A program made the translations under genes and the position numbers. A stretch of 64,000 nt of DNA from contig OX597835.1 of the NCBI GenBank assembly GCA_951406725.2, positions 18,538,001-18,602,000 of the forward strand, read 5' to 3'. Positions 13,560 to 28,831 of this stretch are shown one piece after another. Source of the DNA: Octopus vulgaris. Taxonomy: Eukaryota. The notes beneath the pieces are model-generated. The model had not been told where the DNA came from, made no database searches, and saw only the letters and a program-made list of their open reading frames with translations. Each line of letters starts with the position of its first letter. Position 1 is the first letter of the stretch.

Positions 13560-13643
13560 GGTGATGACGGTAATGATGACCAAGTTAATAATGACGACGA
13601 CGACGACGACGACGATGATGATGATGTTGACGATGATGATGAC

Positions 13644-13677
<34 letters not shown>

Positions 13678-13696
13678 GTGATGGTGATGATGATGG

Positions 13697-13734
<38 letters not shown>

Positions 13735-13770
13735 ACGATGACAATGACGATGACGGTCACGATAATGATA
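13560..13770. repeat. (GAT/GAC)n compound microsatellite
   Basis: Direct reading. Confidence 0.9.
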
Positions 13771-14730
13771 ATTGCTGTTTCGTGTTTTACTGTCTTCGTT
13801 GTTTGTTGGAGATTATTTTTATTGTTGAGGTTGCAGTTATTGTCACTATATTTATACAATTAATATCAACAATATTATTCACCTCATCTCATGTAATTCT
13901 AGAAGCGACAGGGTTAAATCTAACAACACTAGCGCCACCACCACCACCACCACCACCACCATCACCAATAATGACAACAGAAGGAAGAGCAGCAACAAGT
14001 GGACTGCAAGAGCATCAGCAAGGGCAGCAGCAACAAACGCAGCAGCAGCATCGATGCCACCGCTGCTAACAACGATTACCATATCTGCTGCTGTAAAAGA
14101 TGCCAAGCCTGATGAGATAAACAATATCAAAATCAGGCTACTTCAATGAAATTCTGGGATTTTGTCATCAGATTGAATAGATATTTGCTCATCAGACATC
14201 TTGAAATATTTACTTTCACTTTCGTTTTCCATCTCCAGCGCGCTTCCATCATCACCTCTTCCTTCTCGTATTACTTCTCTGTGTCACAAACTCGTTTTAT
14301 ATCCTTCCATGTTTGTTTCTCTTCTTTAACCTTCAATTAAATTAAATCAGTGTTTTTTTCTCTCTCTTCATTCCATGTGTTTTTTTTTTAACATTATTCT
14401 TTGATATATTTCTTTAAAACAATTTTTCCCCCTCTCTTACGCTTTTCTATCGCTATTTGTCTTCTTAATTTTTTTTTCTTCTTCTTTGAAAATTCCTTTC
14501 TTCTACAGATTCGATGTTATTTATTTTCTTCCTAAGCTGGTCGAAGAGATCGAGCAAGCGGGAGAGAGGTGGATAAATGTGTTGGTTCGTCGATTATATG
14601 GTTGTTTAAGATGTTATCAATTCAGAAGTAGAGTTTAATGAAGAAATTGAATGAGTTATATCCAATGGTAATAAAGAGTATAATCATCATAATGATAATA
14701 ATACCACTAATAATAATAATGGTAATATTA

Positions 14731-14766
<36 letters not shown>

Positions 14767-14874
14767 TTTATGATGATAACGGTGGGGATGGCGATGAAGA
14801 TAAAGATGATGAAGGTGGCGATAATAATAATAGCAACAATAATAATGAGGGGGATGATGCTCCTCCTCCTCCTC

Positions 14875-14915
<41 letters not shown>

Positions 14916-15094
14916 TCTTCTTCTTCTTCTTCTCCTTCTTCTAATACTTCTTCTTCTAATTACTGATAACGATGATGATAAAAGATAAAGAAAATAATAG
15001 AAATGGTGATGATGATGATGATGTTGATGATGATGATGGTGATGATGATGATGATCATAACAGCACTACTACTAATAGTAATAATAATGATAAT

Positions 15095-15652
15095 AAATGC
15101 CCTGATGCCATGCCAGGCAGTATGGCTTCTTATCTTATCTGATTGGAAATGTTATCATGTACTTTGTTTTGTCTTGTCTTGGTATAAAAGATGGGCTACA
15201 GCAAATATTCTGCTCAATATCACAGATTTGATTGTTAGTAGTGTGACGTTAAATAGTTGAGAATGTCCATTCGTGGCTGACGATATGTGCATTTCTGATC
15301 ACGATTAGAAGTGGCGGGGACCATCAGAGCCATGTGCTGTGAGAAATTCTTTCGGGTTTGGATAGTTCTCATCTGGAAACATGGATGTTTCGTTCAACGT
15401 CCTTAAATAACCGTTATTCAGGGACCCTTTTTATGGGATGGGCTACTCAACAGGAAAGGAATTCTAACTTAGCCCCATCTGCAAGTTCATGCACTGTTAT
15501 TCTTAATATGAAATTACCATATCGCGCACATACTGTTGTGATGCATGTGCCTGGTGTACCCTTAACAGAAAGGTTATCACGATGAGTATACTAGGCTTCG
15601 TATATTTAACCCTAGTGTCACTTTGATGGCATGCACTGCTCTCTCTTTCGTC
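15095..15652 (+). mobile_element. (AAT)n-associated retroposon, copy 1 (~550 bp)
   Basis: Homologous to four other copies; shared 3' end GCACTGCTCTCTC followed by (AAC/AAT)n. Confidence 0.85.
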
Positions 15653-15679
15653 AACAACAACAACAATAATAATAATGAT

Positions 15680-16212
15680 AAATGTCCTGACGCAGTATCA
15701 GGCAGTGGCTCTCATGGCTTCTGATCTAACATGATTGGAATTATAATCATATACTTATTTTGTCTTGGTATAAAAGTTGGGCTGCAACAAATATTCTGCT
15801 CAATACCGTAGATTTGCTTGTCAGATGCTTGACCTTAACCAGCCCCTTATCGGCTGACGATAGGTGCAACTCTGATCATATGCAAGAATAATGGGGGGAA
15901 ATTATAGCCATATGTTGAGATGAAATTTTTGGGGTTTGAATAAATAACCTCTGATACATAGGTGTTTTCTTCATCATCCTTACACAACCACCATTCAGAG
16001 ACCTTCTGGGCAGGATGGGCAATTCGCACTGAATAAAATTCTCACTGGACCCCATCTGAAAGGTCACATTTGGTATGAGTCACCATGTCGGGCAAATCGG
16101 TTCATGAGGCTCGGGCGTAGTGTTCGCTTATCAGATGGGTAGTCATAATGGCTATACTGTGTATATTTGTTCCCAGGGTGTCACTTTGATAGCTTGCATT
16201 GCTCTATCACTC
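15680..16212 (+). mobile_element. (AAT)n-associated retroposon, copy 2 (diverged)
   Basis: Same 5' start AAATG(C/T)CCTGA as copy 1 and same 3' end. Confidence 0.85.
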
Positions 16213-16264
16213 AATAATAATAATAATGATAATAATAATAATACTAATGATAATAATAATAATA

Positions 16265-16726
16265 AGATGGGCTACATCAAATATTCTGCTCAATACCACA
16301 GATTTGCTTGTCAGTTGTTTGACCTTAAACCAGTTGAGCATGTCCCTAAGTGGCTGACGATATGTGCATCTCTGATCACGAGCAGAAGTAGTGGGGGAGT
16401 ATCATAGCCATGTGTTGAGAGGGATTCTTTGGGGTTTCAATAATTCACCATTGGAAACATGGGTGTTTCGTTCAACATCCTTAAACAACCCTTATTCAGG
16501 GACCTTTTGAGCGGGATGGGCTACTCGACCAGAACAAATTTCTAACTGGGCCCCACCTGCAAGGTCATGTGCTATTTATCTTGATATGAGATCACCATGT
16601 CGCGCACATATGGTTGTGATGCATGTGCCTAGTGTACCCTTATCAGACGGGTGGTCATGATGGGTATACTGGGCTTCGTATATTTTACCCCAGTGTCATT
16701 TTGATGGCATGCACTGCTCTCTCACA
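16265..16726 (+). mobile_element. (AAT)n-associated retroposon, copy 3 (5'-truncated)
   Basis: Starts AGATGGGCTAC, ends CTCTCTCAC plus (AAT)n. Confidence 0.9.
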
Positions 16727-16802
16727 TAATAATACTAATGATAATAATAATAATAATAATAATGATAATAATAATAATAATAATGACAACAACAACAACA
16801 AC

Positions 16803-16848
<46 letters not shown>

Positions 16849-16949
16849 GCCTGGTGTACCCTTATCAGACGGGTAGTCATGATGGGTATACTGGGCTTCG
16901 TATATTTTACCCCAGTGTCACTTTGATGGCATGCTCTGCTCGCTCACTC

Positions 16950-16950
<1 letters not shown>
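16849..16950 (+). mobile_element. (AAT)n-associated retroposon, copy 4 (3' ~100 bp)
   Basis: Near-identical to 16627-16726; (AAT)n on both sides. Confidence 0.9.
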
Positions 16951-16996
<46 letters not shown>

Positions 16997-17329
16997 TAAT
17001 AACAATAATAATAATAATGGTAACAATAATAATAATAAAAACCATAATAATAGTAGTAATAGTAGTAGTTGTCGTAGTAGTAGTAACAATGACATGATGA
17101 TGATTATGTTTAAGATGAAAGCGACGATGACGATGATGACGATAATGATAAAATGACGGTTGTAAAAATTTGTGGGGAGGGTGTTAATGATATTCATACG
17201 AACATTAGAAGCAGATGATGGCGATAATTCCAACATTAAGTTTGCTTCTACCGATAAAAATGTACCGAGAATTTGAAATACAATGCTTTCGTTATAGGTG
17301 GTGTTAGTGGTCATAATTACGGTCATAAT

Positions 17330-17660
17330 AGTGGTGATGATGGTGATGATGATGGTGAAGATGTTGGTGGCAGTGAGGATGATGAAGATGGTGGTGGTGG
17401 TGGTGGCGGTAGTGATGATGATGATGATGATGATGAAGATGTTGGTGGCGGTGAGGAAGATGAATATGGTGGTGGTGGTGGTGGTGGTGGTGATGATGGT
17501 GATGATGATGGTGAAGGTGTTGGTGGCGGTGAGGATGATGAAGATGGTGGTGGTGGTGGTGGTGGTGATGATGATGATGATGATGATGTTAGTGGTGGTG
17601 GTGGTGATGATGATGATGGTAATGCTGATGATAATTATGATGGTGATGATGACGACGACG
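17330..17660. repeat. Higher-order (GGT/GAT) minisatellite
   Basis: About three units containing GAAG(A/G)TGTTGGTGGC(A/G)GTGAGGA separated by (GGT)n(GAT)n. Confidence 0.8.
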
Positions 17661-17737
17661 AATTTCGTTGCAAGTATGGATCTAAAATCACTTGAAAGAA
17701 GGACGGATAATATCGAGGATACTCCGTAAAAAAAAAA

Positions 17738-17974
17738 GAAATACCTAGTTCTTTACTACCCACAAGGGGCTAAACACAGAGGGTACAAACAAGGACAGAC
17801 AAACGGATTAAGTCGATTGCATCGACCCCAATCTGTAACTGGTACTTAATTTATCGACCCCGAAAGGATGAAAGGCAAAGTCGACCTCGGCGGAATTTGA
17901 ACTCAGAACGTCACGGCAGACGAAATACGGCTACGCATTTCGCCTGGCGTGCTAATGTTTCTGCCAGCTTGCCG
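17738..17974 (-). mobile_element. SINE family B
   Basis: Near-identical to 3361-3596. Confidence 0.9.
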
Positions 17975-18721
17975 TTGATTCATTTAGCAGTGTGGTCACT
18001 ATAAGATCACCTAACTGAAAATATATCCAATTGTCTGCCAGTCGCAAACATTGCCTGTCAAGAACCGACACCTTACTGTTCATAAGGCAGACCACCTAAT
18101 ACTGCAATCCATCACTGTCAGGTATGTAACAAGCGACGGTCATTATTCACCAATGGCTAAATGAAACAACGAACTTACCAATCACAAAAATACTCCTATT
18201 TAATTAATATCAATGGAGTTTTCGATTTCAAAAGTATATTGAAAAAAAAAATGTATTTGTTTCTTAAATTTATTATTTAGTTATTAATGATTACTTTAAC
18301 GTCTTCTTTCGTAATTTTTTCACTTTCAATGGCAAAACCTAGTTTAACTCTGTCATCAACATTGTTCTGTGTTTCCGGTCATTGCAAGTGACTCTCCACT
18401 ACTCTCCTACTCGCCGCTTCCATTTATCATCTCAAGATTACGAAAATTAGATTATCTTTGAAACTCTTCGTATCATTTAATCTTTGCTTTTAATATCAAA
18501 GTTTTTCATCTCTCTCGTACTGTCGTCTAACACACTTCTTCTCACTTCCTACACACCAGTTTACATAATTACAACCACAGATAGATGCACCAATTTAATA
18601 CTATTCATACACACTCACTCACACAAACATACATACACACACAAATGCAAATATAACTGTACGAATGTTTGTGCGTATATATATACCTGTGTATGTATGT
18701 GTATAAATGTGTATGTATATA

Positions 18722-18776
<55 letters not shown>

Positions 18777-18785
18777 TATATATAA

Positions 18786-18831
<46 letters not shown>

Positions 18832-18834
18832 TTA

Positions 18835-18874
<40 letters not shown>

Positions 18875-19349
18875 ACATAAATATATATATAATATATATA
18901 TATATAAACAATATGTGTGTGTTTGTGTATATATACTTATTATATAAATATATATATATATATATTAAGCACACGTATGTACGTAGATAACGTTTTACAT
19001 TCACATATATTTCATGATTTACCTTATTTTTGTGTAAATTTTTTTCCATATTTAGTCTTTATATTTTATATTTAATTTCATTTAATTTTGCTTTTCCTTC
19101 CTTACTTCTTTTCTTCCATCTGCTATATTTTGAATATTGTTTTTACTGAAAATTTCTATATCACTTATATTTTCTTTAAATTTTAATCTGTTCTCATTCT
19201 AAAAATCTTACTCGACTATTCTTCTTTCTTATTTTCGTTTCTCTAATGTTTTTCCAAGGAAGATAAATACGTCTTCGTGCACTAAACTCTTTCTTTTTCT
19301 CGTTCAGTTTTTTTCTTTTCAAACTTTGAAATGAAACTTGCTGTCTTCA

Positions 19350-19478
19350 AATTTTTAGTTTCCGAAGATTTTGTTTATGTAGTTGATCTTTAAAATGCTA
19401 TGGTACTTTTTTACACTTACTCGTTTTCATTTCTTCACCTTCGTCCAATTCTTTTCACCTCGCACTCCACCCCGCTTC

Positions 19479-19525
<47 letters not shown>

Positions 19526-19541
19526 GCTACTACTACTACTA
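19350..19541 (+). repeat. ~130-bp module with (CTA)n tail, copy 1
   Basis: Homologous to 21910-22527 (TTTTGTTTATGTAGTTGATC...CTATGGTACTTT...CGCACTCCACCC). Confidence 0.75.
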
Positions 19542-19581
19542 ATACGTCCTCTTAACCGTAGTTTTCACTAAATACATATAT

Positions 19582-19803
19582 GAGCTGGCAGAAACTTTAG
19601 CGCACCAGGCGAAATGCTTAGCGGTATTTCGTCCATCGTTACGTTCTGAGTTCAAATTCCGCCGAGGTCGACTTTGCCTTTCATCCTTTCGGGGTCGATA
19701 AATAAAGTACCAGTTTCGTACTGGGGTCGATGTAATCGACTTAATCCATTTGTCTGTCCTTGTTTGTCCCCTCTATGCTTAGCCCCTTGTGGGCAGTAAA
19801 GAC
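19582..19803 (+). mobile_element. SINE family B
   Basis: Head GAGCTGGCAGAA, B box, Deu-like core, tail. Confidence 0.9.
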
Positions 19804-20041
19804 ATATATATATATATATATATGATCACCTAATTTACAACACATGCACACACACAAATGAATAAAAATACAGCTCACACATAAATACATACAAACACAA
19901 GTATGCTTACACACACATTTATACACACACATATGCATACACAATATATACATCCATCCATCTTAACAAACATACATGCATGCATACATACGCAATGAAG
20001 TTGGCTGTACATACGACACCATGTGTGTATATACATACATA

Positions 20042-20348
20042 TATCCACTCACAAGGCTTCGGTCGGCGCGAGGCTTTTGTAGAAGACATTTACCCAAGGT
20101 GCCACACAGTGGGACTGAACCCAGAACTATGTGGTTGGTAAGACATAGTGTGTGCGTCTGCTTTTCTATTCAGTTTGTCTCTCTCCAACGCTTGAGAAAT
20201 GTTGTACATTTGTTTGTGTCATGTAAATTAGCGGATCGAGAAATTAGATTAAATTAAAAGACGACGATTATGGTCGATCTGCTCGACAAAACCCTTCCAT
20301 CCGACGCCACAGCACCGATTCAGTTTGTGACTGAAATACAGTAAAAGA
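20042..20348. mobile_element. SINE family A fragments (minus-strand 5' part, then decayed plus-strand 3' part)
   Basis: Similarity to family A consensus. Confidence 0.6.
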
Positions 20349-21053
20349 CACACACACACACACACACACACGTGATATAGCGCAGAGATACGAAATTAAA
20401 AATTAACGAGAGGTTCAAATTTCCATTATTCCAAAACACATTTCCCTAACATTGTACCACCTGGAATATACGTTGTGTGACAGGATGAAAAATGAGAGAA
20501 CCCACCTATCGGATGGATAGTCCATTTCAAATGAAGTATTCCACAGCATTGACTAGTCCTTTGCACTACTCAACTATAATTGACTTTTGTAAAGTTCATT
20601 ATACGAAACACAGCTGAGATTACATCATAACACAAGGCATAATCCTGTCACATGTTATAGCATTTTACACGGAGATGATGGCAAGACAAAAGTGATTTCA
20701 TTCCGCACGTGGGGATGTCGTGAAACCGGAGTGAAGTTACAGCAGAACATCACAAGGTTCTGATACAGCAATCCACGTTAAATATGTAACATAATTGTCA
20801 TGGTTGATGTGCTATGTTCAATAATATCCATTTAAATTAGTCTCAACCATAATAAAATCTCTCTCCACTTTGTAATTATTCCATTAAGTCGAAGTATTAG
20901 CTTTCTCTTAAAAGGCTTTATTATCTCTATCACATAATCCTGAATTTAGCAATTCGACATTTCTGATGATCTTTACGTTTAGCGGTAACTTTTATATTGG
21001 ATATGATAGCAAAATTTCTTTCTTTGTAACGCAAAAATGTTTACTCTTCACAC

Positions 21054-21117
<64 letters not shown>

Positions 21118-21324
21118 GCCACACACATGCATATGTGCTTCTTTTATGTATGTGTGTGTAGAGGAAATATATATGTTTTTGCATGCATATATATATGTAA
21201 ATATATATAAAATATATATATGTAAATATGCATTCAAACACACACACACACACACATACATACATATACATACATATGTTTATATGTGTCTCTCTTTTTC
21301 TTTCTCTCTGTGTGTATATATGAG

Positions 21325-21359
<35 letters not shown>

Positions 21360-21520
21360 GTATGTGTGTGTATGTATGTATATATATATGTACATATATG
21401 TGTATATATATATATGTATGTGTGTGTATGTATGTATGTATATATATATATATATGTACATATATGTATATATATATATATATATTTATTTATATGCATA
21501 TATATATGTATATATCTATC

Positions 21521-21601
<81 letters not shown>

Positions 21602-21689
21602 GCATATATATACGTATGTATGCGTTAATATCGAACAATGAGATTGACTGCTCAACAACTCAGTCATGTGATAAAAATTGTTTATCTGT

Positions 21690-22890
<1,201 letters not shown>

Positions 22891-23325
22891 TATAACTGTT
22901 AGATAGTATCGTCCATGAAGCCGAACGCAATATGTATATCATTAAGATACGTTCACCACTCCTCCCCAGCACGTAATTTGCTAGTAAGAATTGTTGAAAA
23001 CTGATAATTAATGCATACCTGACTCTACCTAACCACAACTCATTTACATGATGGAACACCATTGACAGCTTCATACTAATTGCTTAATTGCTACTGCAAT
23101 ATTAAAAGTGTGTGGATATATGTATATATATATGTATATATATATTTATATATATATGTATATATATGTATATATATATATATATATGCTTATATGTATG
23201 TATGTACATGTATTAGTATATATATATATATATACGTATATATATACATATATACATATATATATACATATATATATATGACCATTCCGAAATATAACAA
23301 TATATATATATACTTATATATATAT

Positions 23326-23362
<37 letters not shown>

Positions 23363-23410
23363 CGTATAGATGTACATACATATAAGCATATATATATGTG
23401 TGTGTCTGTA

Positions 23411-23465
<55 letters not shown>

Positions 23466-23659
23466 TTATATGTTTGTATGTACACGTATATGTATATATT
23501 TATATGTATACATATGCTTGTATGTATGTATCTATATATACACACAGATATATATATAGACATAGATACACACAGATGCACATCCATAAATATGTATATA
23601 CACATGCTTGAATACGTATACACCGTATTAACAATCTCTAATGTTCTGTTATTAATTAT

Positions 23660-24080
23660 GCCAATTAAATGACAAAGAATTATTATTAATTTAGACATAA
23701 ATTGTACTAATTTATCAAATATAATTATTGATGCTTGTTGTAGAGATAACTTGCATTGGTACTTTTCTGCTAATTTATGCTTGGTCATTAGTTGTGTACT
23801 TTTATGTAATGAATTTGTGATTAATCATCAACATTTTCGCAGCAGTTGCTACTTTTGATGGTTTTGCTGGGCTATGTGAACGAAGTTTGGGATAATTTCT
23901 TAATAACAATTAAATCTGCTGTTTCGAACATCGTGCCAAGATTTTAAGAAATTCTCTGTGGAATCTGGATTATAAACAAAATATATAACTATGCATATTA
24001 GTACGAAAGTTGAGCTTTTAATAACTACCTCTGTGTTAGTTCTGCAATTATTGTCTGGTAGTAAACCTATTGCTCCTATA
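23660..24080 (-). pseudogene. Possible decayed PLE GIY-YIG C-terminal region
   Basis: Minus-strand pieces LPDNNCRTNTEVVIKS...STENFLK and CKLSLQQ...SKLIIILCH loosely match CPLxxxC..VIYK..GSTE..FK and CxLCLxE..SxCxH. Confidence 0.3.
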
Positions 24081-25808
24081 TCGTTATTCCATTAATAGAC
24101 AGTCTGTACGATGTCAATTTTCTAGCTGCTTGTTGATAAAGGAAAGGAAAGCCGCGCTTTCGAAGTGATCAGAATGTCATTGTATAAGATTACGTGCAGA
24201 CATAATGTCAGATGGGAACACTCCAGACGGTATAACTTGCCTGCATGCAATATGTATGTTCTATCACTACGTAGGTCAATTTTCGTTGCGCTAACACACA
24301 GCATATACCATAAATATATATTTTATATTATTGTTTCCTTTACAATACAGAAAAACATGATTGATAAAGCCAGCGATTAAATATAAAATTCGTGGTTGAT
24401 TCTTTAGAATACTTCAGAATTGACTGATGTGGACTCGAGAAAACGCCTCCAGCACTACTGACAACTTACAAATCATTAGCACTCTTACTATCGGTGACAT
24501 TTGAATGATGCAAATTATTTCTCAGAGTCCTCTTCAACTACCTGTCGATCAAATGAGTTAATGAGTTGTAGCGGCACAATATTTCGTTATGCAACCATAA
24601 TATACTACAGGTATATATATATATTTTGTAAGTCAGTTACGTGTTCTATTGCTTTAGCCGTACTTCACTTGCTAAAGTTATCCCTATGTATTTTTCGATA
24701 GAAATTATAGCCAGCTCTGATTTTGCTACGACGTTTCGTATCCGGGTCGCCCAATGTATATATGTCTTATACACCCCTCAAATATTTCATCTTCGGTTTC
24801 ATTGTCGTTGTTTACATCTGTTCTCTCGGTTGAGAAAAGTTGTTAGCAAATTATTACTGGCTAGAATTTCTACAGGAAAAAAATTTAGCGAAAACCTCAT
24901 TTAAAGAGTATCACTTTAAAGTACGACTCTTGGAATAGATTCCATAATATTAGAATTTCCTATAATGTCTAATTTTGTTATGTCGAACGAAGCCTAAAGA
25001 AGTTTGTGTTATATATTCTTTAGCATCACAAACGGACAATTAATTGCTGTTATCAACAGGTGTAGATACAACAAAACCGACTAATTCTAGATTAATTTAA
25101 ATTGAATTGCACAGAGGGAAGGTTACATTGTAATGAATCTCAATGTAAGTCGTCCAATCGAATGTAAAAAATGTAGGAGATATAGAGTAAATTTTCAGAA
25201 TATGAAATAAAATATAGTTAAAAACCCCCAAAATAGAGGAACATCATTAAACATTTATTCACCAAGTGTCCGTTGAGAAATCCGTCATAACCTTCAATAA
25301 TTTACCGTATTAAAGAAAGACAAAGGCTTCTGTTTTAATGAAAATGAATGTAGAACGAAGGTTTACTTGTTAGATACCTTTAGATGTTCTATATTATTAA
25401 AATGAATATCATTTATGTGAAAGGTATGAATTTTAAATGAGGTAAAAATTAGAAATTCATATTTTCTCTCTCTGCATCAGCAAAGCGGTATATATCAAAC
25501 GAGTAAAAATGAAACTTGAAAAGATTTCTGTATACTTCATGGAGATAATATAAAAGTACATATGAAGTTCTAAGTGGTGACAGGTCGCACAATAAAAATA
25601 ACCGTTCCATCATAGAAATTTAATGAATTCTATGTAAAAAGATCCTTATAATTGACACATCTATTTTTCGTTTACTTACTACAAAATCTTCAAAACTGCT
25701 TACTCAGCGTTAATAGTATATAAATCTGTTTCATTCTCTCTTTTTAAAGATGTTCACCGTGATATTAGATGTGACCTATTAAATAAAAATAATAAGAAAA
25801 TTATATTA

Positions 25809-26231
25809 GCGCAGGAGTGGCTGTGTGGAAAGTAGCTTGTTTACTAACCACATGGTTCCGGGTTCAGTCCCACTGCGCGGCACCTTGGGCAAGTGTCTTC
25901 TACTATAGCCTCGGGCCGACCAATGCCTTGTGAGTGGATTTGGTAGACGGAAACTGAAAAGAAGCCCGTCGTATATATATATGTATATATATATATATAT
26001 ATATATGCGTGTGTGTTTGTGTCTGTGTTTGTTCCTCTAGCATTGCTTGACAACCGATGCTGGTGTGTTTATGTCCCCGTTACTTAGCGGTTCGGCAAAA
26101 GAGACCGATAGAATAAGTACTGGGCTTACAAAGAATAAGTCCCGGGGGTCGAGTTGCTCGACTAAAGGCGGTGGTCCAGCATGGCCGCAGTCAAATGACT
26201 GAAACAAGTAAAAGAGTAAAGAGTAAAGAGT
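25809..26231 (+). mobile_element. SINE family A, full length
   Basis: GCGCAGGAGTGGCTGTGTGG head through GAGTAAA tail. Confidence 0.92.
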
Positions 26232-26307
26232 AGCAATCAAAGGGAATTCGTGAAAGGTTTCATTCCGTTCTTTATTGATCGTCAGTACGTTACAAATCGA
26301 GGAAAGC

Positions 26308-26669
26308 GCAATCTTTCACGATGATAATTCACCAATTCACACAGCTAAATTTGTTACTGAATGGCACGAGGAAAATTCTAGTGAAGATGAGCATTTTATA
26401 TGGCTACCTCAGTCCACAGATCTCAATATTATTTAACAATTATGGTTCCTTTTAGAAAAACAAGTTAGGAGTAGATATCCTCCTACATCATCACTACGAG
26501 ACATGGAGACTGCTTTAGCTGAAGAATGGACAATTCAATGGAAGAAATTCAAGCCATTGTACGAGTCCATACCTCGTAGAATTCGAGCTGTGATTACTGC
26601 CGAAGGCGGTCCTACCGCATGAAATTTGCTTCAAATTTTAAGGTGCTTCCATCATTTCGTCAACCCCTG
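26308..26669 (+). pseudogene. Tc1-like (DD34E) transposase C-terminal relic with right-TIR remnant
   Basis: AIFHDDNSPIHTAK...WLPQSTDLNII*QLW...[20 protein letters not shown]; ends ...CAACCCCTG before (TA)n. Confidence 0.85.
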
Positions 26670-26670
26670 C

Positions 26671-26730
<60 letters not shown>

Positions 26731-26741
26731 CTCTTTCTCTA

Positions 26742-26783
<42 letters not shown>

Positions 26784-26830
26784 CATCTATCTATCTATAT
26801 ATATATATATATATATATGCATATATAGAT

Positions 26831-26886
<56 letters not shown>

Positions 26887-26961
26887 ATCTATATATATAT
26901 ATAAAATATATATATATATAAATATATACATACATATATATAAATATATACATACATATAC

Positions 26962-26996
<35 letters not shown>

Positions 26997-27651
26997 ATCG
27001 GAGACAGAGAGAGAGAGCTATGCTGCATTCGAAATCTATTTGTTTGCCTGTAGCATTCCAAACACATTCGATGCTTCCAGAGTTTGACGATAGTTTTTTT
27101 TTTTTTTTTTTTTTTTGTAGCTGTTTATCAATTTACTGTTTCAGTAATCAAAACATTGCGATGTTTCTCCGGAAATCTTTCGCTTATTTTTGTTTTTCCA
27201 GTGTAACTAAAATTACAGATAATTTCCCGTAATGTTTCGGCGATGAAGCTGATATCCAAATAATTAGAAATCAAATACTATTCCCAAATGATCTTATTTC
27301 TGGTTGTTATTGGTATTGTCGTTATCATCTTTTAGTTCTTCATTCCTGTACGCATTTGTTTCTTTGTAATTAAAAACAGACTTAATTAATACAAATGCAG
27401 AGTATATGCCACCTGTAATAAGACTCCATTAGTAAAGCGATATGCATGAGAAAAGAAAATTCAACGTGTCATTAAGGAGAAGATAAAAGCCACTATGACA
27501 CTAATAACAGCAAACAATGGCAAAAATATATAAATTTAAATTTATATATGAATATTTGTAAGAATGTATTCTTACAAATGGACTTCCGATGTACATGCAT
27601 ACATACGCGTATGTATTCATGTGTGCATGTATGTAAATATGTATGTATGAA

Positions 27652-27700
<49 letters not shown>

Positions 27701-27702
<2 letters not shown>

Positions 27703-28103
27703 TCTTTACTCTTACTCTTTTACTTGTTTCAGTCATTTGACTGCGGCCATGCTGGAGCACCGCCTTTTGTCGAGCAAATCGACCCTGGGACTTATTCTTT
27801 GTAAGCCCAGTACTTATTCTATCGGTCTCTTTTACCGAACCGCTAAGTGACGGGGACGTAAACACACCAGCATCGGTTGTCAAGCAATGCTAGGGGGACA
27901 AACACACACACATACACATATATACATATATATACATATATACGACAGGCTTCTTTCAGTTTCCGTCTACCAAATCCACTCACAAGGCATTGGTCGGCCC
28001 GGGGCTATAGCAGAAGACACTTGCCGAAGATGCCAGGCAGTGGGACTGAACCCGGAACCATGTGGTTGGTTAGCAAGTTACTTACCACACAGCCACTCCT
28101 GCG

Positions 28104-28106
<3 letters not shown>
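27701..28106 (-). mobile_element. SINE family A, full length
   Basis: Reverse complement of 25809-26231 type. Confidence 0.92.
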
Positions 28107-28141
<35 letters not shown>

Positions 28142-28463
28142 AACGCAACCTACATAATATTTGGCTTAGACATGTAAGTGGATGCATGGAGGAACATATG
28201 TTAGCCAATATCTTTGTATACTTCTGTTAGCTTACGCAAACGTTAACTATTTATACCCAAATTGCTTCTACTTATATACACACATACAGAAACATATACA
28301 AACATGAACATATATAACAGTCAAACAAAACCTCACGAACCCTAGCGCACATATCCACACGCTCGCACAAACTCACTCACATATATGTATATCTCTATAT
28401 GTATATATCTAACTATTTTGGTACATACGTATATATAATATGATTAATTTATATATAGATATG

Positions 28464-28508
<45 letters not shown>

Positions 28509-28775
28509 ACACAAGCAAGAGTCATTCAAACTCGTACAGAAGAATACTAGCTAAATATCCAGCAGTATCGTGTAAAGCTTACGGGAAATAATAAATTTAG
28601 TATTAGCGAATAGCAGATCCCTACATAATTAGAAGGATTTAATCAACCGTTAATAGAATATTGAAGAGTAGTAACATTTATATTCTACACAAACGATTTT
28701 TCGAGACGTATACAACAGTCCAAAATGTTATAATAAAACGCCCACATTTTAAGTCAGATGCGGTAATCAACTCAA

Positions 28776-28831
<56 letters not shown>

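Noticed and set aside
13782-14130. Poly-Pro/poly-Gln ORF suggesting a transcription-factor exon
   Set aside because: Only low-complexity CCA/CAG runs with no domain, and stops follow immediately
14105-14140. CTGATGA-GATA..TATC-AAAA hammerhead-like string
   Set aside because: G12 is absent, stem I is at most 3 bp, there is no proper stem III or cleavage site and no repeat context
15095-17040. Repeat-spacer pattern resembling a CRISPR-like array
   Set aside because: Units are 100-550-bp retroposon copies separated by microsatellites in eukaryotic DNA
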